The translations under genes and the position numbers were made by a program. Positions 1-10,076 of a DNA stretch of 64,000 nt are shown piece after piece. The stretch spans positions 928,001 to 992,000 of the forward strand of contig JAKFCY010000002.1 in NCBI GenBank assembly GCA_036676395.1, given 5' to 3'. Below the pieces are notes generated by a model, which saw only the letters and a list, made by a program, of their open reading frames with translations, was not told the origin of the DNA and did no database searches. Each line of letters starts with the position of its first letter. Within the stretch, counting starts at the first letter, position 1. This stretch comes from Bdellovibrio sp. (lineage in GTDB: Bacteria > Bdellovibrionota > Bdellovibrionia > Bdellovibrionales > Bdellovibrionaceae).

Positions 1-2472
1 TTGCCTTTGGAACACTTGGAAATTTCTGATGTTCAATCTATTTTCAAGCTGTTTGTGCCGTCTAAACACAGAAACACCTTAGCTGAGATGGTTGTATTTG
101 ATGGATTTGAAAACATTCTTGGATCAGTGAAAAATGATGAAAAATCTAAGACCATATTGTCTGAATACGTTAAAAATATGTTTGACGCCAAATTGGCTGG
201 AGAATCATCACGAGAAGAATTAATGTTTTTCGGCTATAGAGGTCTTGAGTATTTCATACCTAAACATTTCGATTTGGAAAAAACTTACTCTGAAAAATCT
301 TTTGTATTTGAAGTTATAATTGAAGTTTTATCGGGGCTTTTGGAAAGAGAAGTTGATGATGATGGGACCGAGAAAAGTTCTCAAATTTGGAGACCTGCGA
401 TAGAACCCCATTCACAAAATAATTATCGTACAACTCCCCCAGCTATATATGTAGAAGTGCTTTTCATGTTATCTACATTTATGCTTGGAAAAAATCATAG
501 CTTGCCGATTGTAGATAAATGGAAAAGGAAAAAATCTGAAATCTTTACGAGAATAAGTATTGCTCTTGCGACTGACTTTCCACAGCTTGTGACGATTGAT
601 GTTAAGGGTACAATAATTGACAATTTGGATTTTTACACAGTCGCTAGACATGAAATTTTTCGATATTTGAAGACCCATTTTGGGATGTTTGATACCTCTT
701 TGAAGAAGGCGCTATTAGAAAAAATCAAGAGTTTAAAATATGTAGATAAAAACTCTGTATATACAGAAAGCGACATAGAACAGATAAGTGCAAATGAACA
801 AATGAGATGGTTGTTAGCTATAAATCATACGGGGGACAAAGATGTTCAATCTCTGTATAATGCCGTATTTGCCATAACTAATCGAGAAGTTGAGCATCCA
901 GATTTTTCTACGTACATGAGCTCAGGATGGTATGGTCCGAAGTCTCCTTGGGCAATTGAAGATTTTGCTAAGGCAAAATCTGATGAAATTTTTGATAAAC
1001 TTATTAATTTTAAAGATTCTGATTCATTTCGTGGACCCACCAAAGACGGATTGGCGCGAGTTTTTGAAGAGTATATCCTACAGGATCCACTAAAGTGTTC
1101 AGCTCTTTTAAGCAGACTGCTTGAGTTGGATTATGACTATTGTACTGGTGTTTATAATTCCTATACCAAAAGTTGGAGTGAAAAAAAGTATGTTCCTGTA
1201 GATAAATTGTTAAGTTTAGCGCTTCAATTCTTTAATGATTCAAAGTTTGTAGCTGAATTAACTAACAAGCGTTCAAGATCTCAATGGTTAGCTGCTTCAA
1301 TTTTTAAATTTGTCGATGTTGGTACGAGGGATGACAAAAATGCTTTCGATCCAAAGCATAATCCTGAATGTTGGAAAATTCTATGTAAAGCTGAACAGGT
1401 TACTGTATCTGATTCAGATTATGTGGGTTCGTCTGATGCGTTTACTAGAGCGCTTAATGAGCCACGTGGAAAGTTATTTGAAGCAGCGATAGTTTTAGCC
1501 TTGAGAGATGCTCGGCTTGCTTCGAAAGATGCAGCTATCGTGGCTACTGTATGGAAAAAATTATATGAACTATTGAAACCTTCTCTTGAAAGAACAGAAG
1601 TAACGGAAATTTCATTACATGCTCAGATCGGCGCGCACTATAGACAGTTAATGTTCTTAAATGAAAAATGGATTTTTGAAAACTTAGAGTTAATTGCTCC
1701 GCTTGATAAATCTCGTGAAATGCTATGGTTAGCATTTATGGAAGGTTTTTCGTATGTCTCCGCTTATGTTAAGGAAATGTTTTTGACTCTTGAAAACAGG
1801 GGGGATTTAAAAAGATTTCTGCGGTTCAAATTAGACTCTGGTGAAAACAATAGCCGATTGGACAGACTTCAAGACAGAGTTATTGAATTGTCTATAGTTG
1901 CTTTAGTCATGGAGGATGTAACTACAGATTCAACGGTGTTTCAGGCAATTGTTTCTGGGCGTGATGAGGATGAATGGCGTAAGCTAATTTGGTCATTTTA
2001 TGGTGTAGTAGTTGGAAGTAAAAAGCAGGAATACTTTGAAAAAGCCAAAAAGACAGTCTTTGATTTAATTACTAATTTTGAAAATACAGAAAAAGATTTA
2101 AATTGGATGAAACTATTTAAAGGAATAGATCAAATGTTGGCTCTTGTTGCTGATCCTAATGAAGCTATTGTTGATAAAATAGTAGAAATAGATGCGCGAA
2201 ATAGCGAAGGCGGCTGGGATATGAATGATGTTATAGGGTTTCTTCATAAATTTAAAAACTCGCATACTAATCGTATAGGCGAGCTTTTTCTCAAAATTAT
2301 AAACTTGGCACCAGCTCCTCCGTCTTGGCCTGATGATAAAATATATGAAATTGGAATAGCATTGCAGTCAGAACGGCCTTTACTTGTGACTATTTGCAGA
2401 GCTTATACTGACAAGTCATTTTCTCAGGACTCGCCGATATATAAAGCTTGTAAAGACTGCGGCATAATTTAA
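1..2472 (+). CDS. 5'-truncated large helical protein resembling the C-terminal region of SIR2/Dsr1-like (DUF4020-type) anti-phage proteins
   Basis: ORF is open from base 1 and AT-richer than downstream DNA. Motifs WRPAIEPHSQN, EHPDFSTYMSSGWYGPKSP and RALNEPRG recall sirtuin-associated defence proteins. The catalytic N-terminus is outside the window. Confidence 0.45.
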   Translation: MPLEHLEISDVQSIFKLFVPSKHRNTLAEMVVFDGFENILGSVKNDEKSKTILSEYVKNMFDAKLAGESSREELMFFGYRGLEYFIPKHFDLEKTYSEKSFVFEVIIEVLSGLLEREVDDDGTEKSSQIWRPAIEPHSQNNYRTTPPAIYVEVLFMLSTFMLGKNHSLPIVDKWKRKKSEIFTRISIALATDFPQLVTIDVKGTIIDNLDFYTVARHEIFRYLKTHFGMFDTSLKKALLEKIKSLKYVDKNSVYTESDIEQISANEQMRWLLAINHTGDKDVQSLYNAVFAITNREVEHPDFSTYMSSGWYGPKSPWAIEDFAKAKSDEIFDKLINFKDSDSFRGPTKDGLARVFEEYILQDPLKCSALLSRLLELDYDYCTGVYNSYTKSWSEKKYVPVDKLLSLALQFFNDSKFVAELTNKRSRSQWLAASIFKFVDVGTRDDKNAFDPKHNPECWKILCKAEQVTVSDSDYVGSSDAFTRALNEPRGKLFEAAIVLALRDARLASKDAAIVATVWKKLYELLKPSLERTEVTEISLHAQIGAHYRQLMFLNEKWIFENLELIAPLDKSREMLWLAFMEGFSYVSAYVKEMFLTLENRGDLKRFLRFKLDSGENNSRLDRLQDRVIELSIVALVMEDVTTDSTVFQAIVSGRDEDEWRKLIWSFYGVVVGSKKQEYFEKAKKTVFDLITNFENTEKDLNWMKLFKGIDQMLALVADPNEAIVDKIVEIDARNSEGGWDMNDVIGFLHKFKNSHTNRIGELFLKIINLAPAPPSWPDDKIYEIGIALQSERPLLVTICRAYTDKSFSQDSPIYKACKDCGII

Positions 2473-2618
2473 CAAAATATTCTGTGCTTGTTGCTGATAT
2501 TCGTCGCAGGATGAAATGTAATGAACTTCGAACTTTTCAGAGGGAAAGGTTATTTTTTTACTCGGCGTATCGAACGGAAGCGGGCTATTTTTAGCGGAAC
2601 TAACTAAAAAGGAATTTT

Positions 2619-3650
2619 ATGTCTAAAAAGAAGATCGTAGTAGATAAAAGCAACCAAGATACGAGAAGAATACAGGTTGATATTAGCAAGTACAATTCGA
2701 GCCAGAATCAGTTATTGGGTCTGATGAAAAATCCCTTATACAATCAGATGGAATTATTTAAAAACCCTATCAAGGATATGTTTAAAGTTAACCAACCGTG
2801 GCTAGGTGTAGAGAATCCATTTCTAAATCGTACAGAACAGCTGAACAGGCAATTGAATTCATTCTCAATTCCACAACCAGCCTTAATTGCCTTGGAGGTT
2901 TTAGAACGTCAGAATTCTCTTTTCGAGCAATTTAAATCGATAGCAATTCCAGAATGGAGTATTATTGGGAAAGGCATCTTTGAGCGGTTGTTCGAGGTTG
3001 AAAAAGAATTGGAGCCGATTCTAAAAGAGGATATGGTGTTTGTTCCCCCTTTTCTGATGAAGCTAACTGCATCAGAAATTCAAAAGCTCTTTTCACAACC
3101 AGGTAAAAAGCCTGTTGAAATTTATGAAGAGATTTTTGAAGATGAAAATAATTTATACAGTCTGATTGAAGAGTGGAGTGAACATGAATACTTAGGGGAA
3201 AGAATAGTTCACCTTAAGTCAGCAATTGCAGCTCATCAGAGAAGAGATTACGCAGCATCTATTCCATTATTTCTAATTCACATAGAAGGAGTGTTGACTG
3301 ATGTTCTAGCAGTTAAGAATCACTCACAATTTGAATCAAAATTAAAGAAATTATTGCCAAAAACTGAAGTTGCCTATCCCGATATTTCGGGTGCCGATAC
3401 GCTCGCTGATATTGTTTGTCGTGAAATTTTTGAATCTAGCTACAATCTTGAAAGAAAGCCAGAAAAGAATAAATACCCGAATCGTCATGAAATTTTACAT
3501 GGTAAGGACCTAAATTATCACAAGGTCCCTTTTGCATCGACCAGATGTATTTTAGTATTAGACTTGCTTAGAATTAGCGAGCTAAATCCAAAACTTGTTG
3601 AGACGAAGGTTTTCAAATCCGGACATGTGGCTCTCCATTATGCGAAGTAA
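2619..3650 (+). CDS. putative HEPN-domain protein (possible RNase/abortive-infection effector)
   Basis: AAGGAA RBS; low-complexity N-terminus; helix AHQRRDYAASIPLFLIHIEGVL followed by the RxxxxH motif NRHEILHG. Confidence 0.55.
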   Translation: MSKKKIVVDKSNQDTRRIQVDISKYNSSQNQLLGLMKNPLYNQMELFKNPIKDMFKVNQPWLGVENPFLNRTEQLNRQLNSFSIPQPALIALEVLERQNSLFEQFKSIAIPEWSIIGKGIFERLFEVEKELEPILKEDMVFVPPFLMKLTASEIQKLFSQPGKKPVEIYEEIFEDENNLYSLIEEWSEHEYLGERIVHLKSAIAAHQRRDYAASIPLFLIHIEGVLTDVLAVKNHSQFESKLKKLLPKTEVAYPDISGADTLADIVCREIFESSYNLERKPEKNKYPNRHEILHGKDLNYHKVPFASTRCILVLDLLRISELNPKLVETKVFKSGHVALHYAK

Positions 3651-3662
3651 TTCAGGTTCAAA

Positions 3663-4061
3663 ATGAAAACAGTTATTTTTGCCTGCGTACACAGTGCAGG
3701 TAGATCGCAAATGTCAGCAGCATTTTTTAGAAAACATACAAATCCTTCATTATTCACGGCCATCGCTGCTGGCACTGAGCCCGCGACTAGAGTTCATCCC
3801 GAAGTAGTCACGGTTATGCAAGAGGGTGGCATTGATCTGTCTAATGCAAAGCCCACATTGTTAACTCAAGAGTTAGCTCAAAGTGCAAGTTTGCTTGTAA
3901 CTATGGGATGCGGTGAGAAGTGTCCGTTTGTTCCAGGTCTTAAAGTTGTAGATTGGTCTTTAAAAGACCCCAAAGGCCAAGGATTGGATAGCGTTAGAAT
4001 TATTCGTGACGAGATTGAACAGCTTGTTTTGCAGCTAATTGAGGCAAATGGATGGGCTTAA
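3663..4061 (+). CDS. arsC: arsenate reductase, LMW-PTP family
   Basis: P-loop CVHSAGRSQM, TMGCGEKCP resolving cysteines, DW..DP motif. Confidence 0.85.
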   Translation: MKTVIFACVHSAGRSQMSAAFFRKHTNPSLFTAIAAGTEPATRVHPEVVTVMQEGGIDLSNAKPTLLTQELAQSASLLVTMGCGEKCPFVPGLKVVDWSLKDPKGQGLDSVRIIRDEIEQLVLQLIEANGWA

Positions 4062-4132
4062 TTTACATAAAAAATATCAAATTTTCAAACATCCTTGATT
4101 CAGCGCTAAAGCGACTGCTATTTAGTCTCTAC

Positions 4133-4549
4133 ATGAAAAAATCAGTCTTTGCTTTAGTTTCTATTCTTGTTCTATTTACGCAGTCGTATGCAGATAACTG
4201 CAGCTCTCAAAATTTGATCGGGGAGTGGACAAGTAAAACTGAATTAGCCTCAGCACCACATGCGGTTTGCGGTAAGACTGTAAAAAATGAAAAGACAGTC
4301 TTCACGTTTGTGAAAAAGGCTGGAAAATTTTCTGGGTCTGGTGTGAACGTGACTGTAACCACTTTTCAAAATCAGAAGTCTTGTTCGCCGGTGACTAAGA
4401 CATTAAAGTACCCGTTTGTTGAATTATATTCTGACGGCAGCCTTAGTATCATGTCAGAAAATGGCGCCCAGGTCGCTTCTGATTGTGCTGTAAGTTCTGA
4501 CCGCTCTAAGTTGAAGCTTGGTAACCATCTGTATCTGCGAACTAAATAA
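4133..4549 (+). CDS. secreted hypothetical protein
   Basis: Signal peptide MKKSVFALVSILVLFTQSYA from the ATG at 4133 (the ORF track starts upstream at 4052); four Cys. Confidence 0.7.
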   Translation: MKKSVFALVSILVLFTQSYADNCSSQNLIGEWTSKTELASAPHAVCGKTVKNEKTVFTFVKKAGKFSGSGVNVTVTTFQNQKSCSPVTKTLKYPFVELYSDGSLSIMSENGAQVASDCAVSSDRSKLKLGNHLYLRTK

Positions 4550-4550
4550 T

Positions 4551-4934
4551 TTAACCCATCATTACGAAAAATAGCGAAAGCAACGTTGTTCCAAAATAAA
4601 CAAACATGTTTGCCGAACCCTGAAAATCGTAAGTGATTCTTAATCCGAACAATAAAAATCCAAACAAAAAAAGCGAACCTAAAAGTGCGAATGGCAGTAC
4701 CGCAATATTAAAGATCGAAATAATAAAGGCTATAGTTAGTACAGCTTCAAAAGCGGCAATGAACCAGTAGCCTACTGAAGCTCCGCCAGGAAGTCGTTTG
4801 ATGAACGTGTTCTCGAATTGTTTGCCGAACCAGTCAGGCATTGAAAGAGTTTTCCATTTGTCGTAAGCGGCAGTTCCAAAGAGTACAGCATAAATAAAGA
4901 TAATTGCGAAGTTGCGGATAAGCTGAAATGTCAT
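4551..4934 (-). CDS. DoxX-like membrane protein
   Basis: Several TM segments with DK..W...F pattern; likely start MTFQLIRN at 4934. Confidence 0.6.
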   Translation of the reverse strand: MTFQLIRNFAIIFIYAVLFGTAAYDKWKTLSMPDWFGKQFENTFIKRLPGGASVGYWFIAAFEAVLTIAFIISIFNIAVLPFALLGSLFLFGFLLFGLRITYDFQGSANMFVYFGTTLLSLFFVMMG

Positions 4935-5070
4935 AGATTTTCCCCTAATAGAAAAGATTCTACGCAAGTGTCGTTGTAAGTCTATATAGACGCCTACACG
5001 GCGCACAAATTTGTTGATCCGAGTTAAGCGATGATGTTTAATCCCCCAAACTGACTTTGGGGGCGAAGTT

Positions 5071-6246
5071 ATGATTAAAAAGTATATGGCTTGGTTTTGT
5101 CTAAGTCTTCTTGTTGCGGTCGCAGCTGGCGCAGATATCATCAAAAATAAAACTTATTTTTCGACTGTTGGCGAAGTGAATAGCTTTCTTTGGGCTCCGC
5201 TAAGATATCAAAACGATTTTAGATACGATATTTTCTATTATATTCCTAAATCCTTAGAAACAAACTCCAACGCAAGTGCCGTGATATTCATGCACGGCGG
5301 TGGTTCTTCGACAATGGATCGTGAAGGCTCGATCAAGACAGTTCTTCTTTATATGAAAGACTTAAAAAAAATCGCTGACGAATTAGGTATTATCGTTGTT
5401 CTGCCGTCTGCAAACGGTCTTAATTGGGGCGGGCACACGCGTGGCTTATTGCGTGAACTTGGCTGGTTGATTAAAAAAGATCTGAATATTGATGTGAACC
5501 GTTTAGGTGTTTCAGGCCATTCGATGGGCGGCATGGGCATTACCCGCAGTTATAGTTGGACAGCCGATGAATTTGCTTTTTATTTACCAATGGCCGCCGG
5601 AATGGATGTGACTTGGCAAACCGAGTCTTATCTGAATAAAGTTTTTAATGTTCCGTATGTGCACTTACAAGGGCTGCAAGATAGTTTCGATATTTTTGTT
5701 CCCCGTTGTGAAGAACAACTAAAAAGAACAAAAGAATTAGAATCACTTTACGGCGTAAGTTCAAAGCTTGAGATCGTTTTTTACAATGGCGGCCATAATT
5801 ACGACTATGATTTATTTAAAAGTCATTTAAGTCGACTTGTGACTGCAGCCCCGCGTAATCTGTATCAGAAAGAACTTTGGGGAACTCTGCATACCGTAAA
5901 AGGTGTGCGCACTGAAAACAATATTACTTTCGATTATGATTCAGAATCTAGATACTTCTGGATCGAACTTAGAAAGACCGATCTTTCAGTAGCAGAGGTC
6001 GTTAATTTTCATGCAAAGATTGATCAAAACATCATTCGCATTGATATGCCAGTGCTGCCAAAACAAAGTAAAGAGCTGCGAATTTATTTGCACTCAAAGA
6101 TGATTAACTTAAGCAAAACAATAACTGTACAACTTAACGGAAAAGCCGTTTATGTTCGTAAAGGCATGTACGGCAGACTTCGCAATATGGATACCCGTGA
6201 TAAAGGTTTTAAGTTCGAAGATGTTATTAAAGTAAAATTAAATTAG
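5071..6246 (+). CDS. secreted alpha/beta hydrolase (esterase/peptidase-like)
   Basis: Signal peptide, FMHGGG oxyanion motif, GHSMGG nucleophile elbow, GGH histidine. Confidence 0.8.
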   Translation: MIKKYMAWFCLSLLVAVAAGADIIKNKTYFSTVGEVNSFLWAPLRYQNDFRYDIFYYIPKSLETNSNASAVIFMHGGGSSTMDREGSIKTVLLYMKDLKKIADELGIIVVLPSANGLNWGGHTRGLLRELGWLIKKDLNIDVNRLGVSGHSMGGMGITRSYSWTADEFAFYLPMAAGMDVTWQTESYLNKVFNVPYVHLQGLQDSFDIFVPRCEEQLKRTKELESLYGVSSKLEIVFYNGGHNYDYDLFKSHLSRLVTAAPRNLYQKELWGTLHTVKGVRTENNITFDYDSESRYFWIELRKTDLSVAEVVNFHAKIDQNIIRIDMPVLPKQSKELRIYLHSKMINLSKTITVQLNGKAVYVRKGMYGRLRNMDTRDKGFKFEDVIKVKLN

Positions 6247-6253
6247 GTAAAAA

Positions 6254-6874
6254 ATGTTAAGTATTTTTATTCAAGGTTTTTTTCTTCAAGCCAGTTTGAT
6301 TCTAGCGCTTGGTGCTCAAAATATTTTTGTTCTTAATTCGGGGCTTCGTAAACAACGACACCTGCTGGTCGCCTTCGTTTCATCGGTTTGCGACACGATT
6401 CTTATATTTGTGGGCGTTCTTGGCGTGGCTACGTTTTTTATTCAGTTTCCTTTATTAAAGATTGGTCTTGGTGTTGTCGGTGTCGCTTTTTTGCTATTCT
6501 ATGGAATTCTAAAACTTAAAGAAGCAGTGAATGGCGTTGAGATTTCTCAATTAGCAAAACCGGCAACGACAATGAAGCAAACAATTCTAGCAAGCCTTGG
6601 TTTCAGTTTACTAAACCCCCACGTGTATCTTGATACCGTCGTCTTAATCGGTGGCTATTCTTCTAAATTCAGTCTTATCAACGATAGATTCGCTTTTGGC
6701 GCGGGAGCTTCTGTATTTTCGATAGTTTGGTTTTATGGGTTAGCCCTGCTTGCTTCAATCGCTAGTCGTTTTTTAAACAATTCAAAAGCTATGCGGACCG
6801 TGTCGTTAATTTCTGGTCTTATTTTAGTTTTACTTGCGTTGAAATTAGGAAATGATGTTATCGGTTGGATCTAA
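6254..6874 (+). CDS. LysE/ArgO amino-acid exporter
   Basis: LILALGAQNIFVL and LLNPHVYLDT motifs; about 6 TM. Confidence 0.9.
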   Translation: MLSIFIQGFFLQASLILALGAQNIFVLNSGLRKQRHLLVAFVSSVCDTILIFVGVLGVATFFIQFPLLKIGLGVVGVAFLLFYGILKLKEAVNGVEISQLAKPATTMKQTILASLGFSLLNPHVYLDTVVLIGGYSSKFSLINDRFAFGAGASVFSIVWFYGLALLASIASRFLNNSKAMRTVSLISGLILVLLALKLGNDVIGWI

Positions 6875-6880
6875 GTGGAT

Positions 6881-7828
6881 ATGAAAATAACGATTTACAC
6901 TTTCTTTTTGGTTTTTTTGATATCGTCGCTTGGTTTTGCCAAAGACCTAAGTTGTTATATCGATTTCACCTGCACAAGCGGGGCCCGCACCGGCAGCACC
7001 GGAAACCCATCTACCGGCAACCAGATTCGCCTTAACCCATCGGCAGTGCCTACACAAAAAGGCTTCGGCCTTGAAGGTATTTATTTTAACTCTGAAACCG
7101 ATTTTTCAATCGTGCAAGGTATCGGTCGCATAGGTGCCGCAGTTTCGCCTTCGAACAGTGATGAAACTTTTTTTGGTACGCCAGGCTTAGAAATTACCGA
7201 AAATCTGTTAGATCGAAAAATAAACGATAAAAAATATCCGAATCAGAAAATCAATTTAGCTACGGCTATGGTACTGACTGAAAAGAATCGCTCTTTATTT
7301 AAAAGTTATGCACTTAAATTAGGTGTCATGGCTAAGTATAACCGCCTGACTAAGAATGTTAATTTAGGAGCTGGTTTAAGCGGTATGCTTGGGCCACTTA
7401 CTTTTGGCTATTCGAATTATAACGACGAATCGCTATTGGACTACGGTCTTGAAGGCAGTGACCCCACAGAAATTGCGAAATACCGGGTGCAGACTTACAG
7501 TGTGGGTGTGTCGGTGAATTCGTTCTTGCTGGATGTGTCGCAACTTCGCTACGTTGACCCGCAGTATGATTTTGCAGAAGAGTCTTCGGTTAGAATTATT
7601 ACATTAAGTTTTAATTATAAAAAATTTATTTTCACGGTTTCAGACCGGGTCGAAAATTCTCATAGGCCTATTTATAATTACGAGACAATGATGCTGGAAG
7701 AGCAATTTACGAAGAAAGATAGCTTTCAGGCGGTTCAGTATATAGCTTCGAAACATGTGATGGTTGGGCTTTTGCATAATTACTATTTGCTGCGTGAACT
7801 TGCGGTTACGGCTACGGTGTTTTTTTAA
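6881..7828 (+). CDS. putative outer-membrane beta-barrel protein
   Basis: Signal peptide, alternating beta-strands, C-terminal Phe. Confidence 0.55.
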   Translation: MKITIYTFFLVFLISSLGFAKDLSCYIDFTCTSGARTGSTGNPSTGNQIRLNPSAVPTQKGFGLEGIYFNSETDFSIVQGIGRIGAAVSPSNSDETFFGTPGLEITENLLDRKINDKKYPNQKINLATAMVLTEKNRSLFKSYALKLGVMAKYNRLTKNVNLGAGLSGMLGPLTFGYSNYNDESLLDYGLEGSDPTEIAKYRVQTYSVGVSVNSFLLDVSQLRYVDPQYDFAEESSVRIITLSFNYKKFIFTVSDRVENSHRPIYNYETMMLEEQFTKKDSFQAVQYIASKHVMVGLLHNYYLLRELAVTATVFF

Positions 7829-8910
7829 CGTTTATGTAAAGTCATTACAAAACGGGTGTTCTCAGCTGATTCGTCTAGCTTTAATTGCCCCTTATGCATT
7901 TCAACTACTCCTTTTGAGACGCTCAAGCCAAGGCCGGTTCCCTGACCAATAGGTTTGGTGGTAAAAAAGGGCTCCATGATACGGCTGCGAATGTCTGACG
8001 GGACCCCGTGCCCATTGTCGCTCACCGAGAGTTCAATCATATTGCCTAAATCCTTAGATTCAACTTTGATCCAAGGATTTAGAGTGGTTTCTGTCGCGTC
8101 GTGGGCGTTGCTTAAAAGATTAAAAATGACCTGTGAAATCTCGACTTCTCGACCCATAAAAAATAAAGGATGAGGCCCTAATTCTACTTGAAGATCAATC
8201 TTTTTACTTTTGAGTTTTTCAGAGCATAGTGCCAAAGCATTTTCAGCCACCTGAGCAAGACTAAGTTCTGAAACGGCGTCTTGGCTGCCGTCGCGCGAGA
8301 ACACGCGTAAACCCTGAATAATTTTTGCAATTCGGTCAACTGTAGTGCTAATAGAAACTAAAGATTTTTTTAATTGTAAAGGCTCTAGTGAATCGTCTTC
8401 TAGCTGCTCTAAGAGTTGGTAACTCAATAAGCTAATCACACATAGGGGTGTATTGATCTCATGGGCTATGCCACCAGCCATCTGTCCAAGCCCTGCCAAG
8501 CGAGTACTTGCAGTTAGCTTTTGTTCAAGAAGAATCCGCTCAGTCATATCGCGCCCAAAGGCGATAACCCCGACAATATCATTACTCGAATTTCTTTCAG
8601 CGACAAAGCGAATATGATGATACTCAAGTTGTCCGTTAAAGTCAGGAACAGTGAGATCTAAATAATCTGGATTACCAGAAGCCGCACATTGAGTAATTTT
8701 TTTAGTATAGACTTCATAACGACCATCTGGCCACAACTCAGTATTGAGAAAACCTTCAGCTTGTTCCATGGTTACGCCGAGAGCGAGTCTGAGTTGTTTG
8801 TTCAGGTAGCGAATGCGGCCTTCTGAATCGTACCGACCAATAAAATCGGGCAGTAAATCTGCTAGTGTTCTAAAGTCTTGATCATCAATCGTGCCTGTTT
8901 TTTCTTTCAT
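7825..8910 (-). CDS. cytoplasmic PAS sensor histidine kinase
   Basis: PAS domain; H-box AHEINTPL; NLLSNA, DNGHG, FFTTK, GTGLGL. Confidence 0.92.
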   Translation of the reverse strand: MKEKTGTIDDQDFRTLADLLPDFIGRYDSEGRIRYLNKQLRLALGVTMEQAEGFLNTELWPDGRYEVYTKKITQCAASGNPDYLDLTVPDFNGQLEYHHIRFVAERNSSNDIVGVIAFGRDMTERILLEQKLTASTRLAGLGQMAGGIAHEINTPLCVISLLSYQLLEQLEDDSLEPLQLKKSLVSISTTVDRIAKIIQGLRVFSRDGSQDAVSELSLAQVAENALALCSEKLKSKKIDLQVELGPHPLFFMGREVEISQVIFNLLSNAHDATETTLNPWIKVESKDLGNMIELSVSDNGHGVPSDIRSRIMEPFFTTKPIGQGTGLGLSVSKGVVEMHKGQLKLDESAENTRFVMTLHKR

Positions 8911-9069
8911 ACTTCATAAATAATACAGTGTTTAGAATTTTTCGTCGACTGGAATATCAAAAATAAATTGTGTCTCATATCGAGTTCGTGGATAGCGATG
9001 AAAATACTGTAGGGTTTCTCAGGGGATCAATCTGATACAGGATTTCGATGAAAGTAGTTCCCATTGTTT

Positions 9070-9969
9070 CTAGATCTCAGGCTCAACAGCATTCAAAATA
9101 TCCGAAGCTTCCCAGTGCGGAAGATCTTCTTTTAATCCCGCAAGGAGTGTTTCAAGATAAGCTTCAGCTTCATCGCGGCGTTTTGGGTCAGTAATGCCAT
9201 TTGCAGTTTCACGCCATTCTGGTGAAAGCGCTAAGCGGCTTCGTAAAGCGGTCGTAAATAAATCAATCCAAGTGGGTGCAGTGAAAGTAAAGTTTAAAGC
9301 CAAGGCTTCACCTTGCGCTTCTGTTGAATGCCAGTAACCGCGCGGAACAAAAAGCATTGAGCCAGGTTTAAGTTCAATTGTTTGCGCTGATTTTGGCATT
9401 TTAGTCGGAAGCTCTTCTTCTAAGTAACCAGCCATTTCATTATCGGGTTTTGTTCCCATAGTATGACGGGTAAGAGGATTGGGCACATGCTCATTCGGAG
9501 CGAGCTTCCAAATTTTTGTGCCGTGAATTTGTAAAACGAAATTAATATTCTGATCAAAGTGCGGGGCGGTGCCTTTGCCATCAGGAGTGGCGTAAATTAA
9601 ACAGCGCGAATACGTCTGCGACGATAACCCTAAGTCAGCACGAATTTTTTCTAGCCAGGTTTGTAATAATGGCGAAATACGGTGCGCTTCATTAAAAAGT
9701 AAACCCATGCCGTTTTGAAATAATTTTTTCGCATCTTTCGGGTTTGTATCAATCGAACTTGATTCATCACGTAGATCAGGTAAGTGCGCTTGAATCGAAT
9801 GCGGCCACATGTTTAAAAGATTTTCTAACGACGCTAAAAAATCTAAACTGCGTAAGGCGGTTAGAACGTCTTTAGGGTGATGCACGACGAACAGTTCATT
9901 CGCATCGTACTTTGTGAAAAAATCTTCTGTCGTTTTGGGGTGAACTAGCGCTGCTAAACCTGATTTCAT
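9070..9969 (-). CDS. JmjC/cupin 2-oxoglutarate-Fe(II) oxygenase
   Basis: PHFD, QIHGTKIW and PGSMLFVPRGYWH motifs. Confidence 0.85.
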   Translation of the reverse strand: MKSGLAALVHPKTTEDFFTKYDANELFVVHHPKDVLTALRSLDFLASLENLLNMWPHSIQAHLPDLRDESSSIDTNPKDAKKLFQNGMGLLFNEAHRISPLLQTWLEKIRADLGLSSQTYSRCLIYATPDGKGTAPHFDQNINFVLQIHGTKIWKLAPNEHVPNPLTRHTMGTKPDNEMAGYLEEELPTKMPKSAQTIELKPGSMLFVPRGYWHSTEAQGEALALNFTFTAPTWIDLFTTALRSRLALSPEWRETANGITDPKRRDEAEAYLETLLAGLKEDLPHWEASDILNAVEPEI

Positions 9970-10076
9970 ACATATTCCTATAGTTAGAGTATCTATTTTT
10001 CATTTCTTTCTGGCTCTAAGTCAACTTGGTAGCCTTCAAAGATTAGGGGTTGTATTAGCTAGGTATAAGCCTACCG

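Noticed and set aside
2467..2600. Possible integron attC site after the first ORF (ATTTAAC fits RYYYAAC)
   Set aside because: No matching GTTRRRY end or convincing internal palindrome, and no second copy after the next gene.
3663..4061. Arsenic-resistance operon
   Set aside because: arsC is alone; no arsR, arsB or acr3 nearby.
4935..5144. N-terminal extension of ORF 4551-5144
   Set aside because: It overlaps the divergent hydrolase gene and looks non-coding; the start at 4934 is more plausible.
9070..9969. JmjC oxygenase as part of a RiPP cluster with the HExxH protein
   Set aside because: The two genes are 22 kb apart, with no precursor peptide or transporter next to either.
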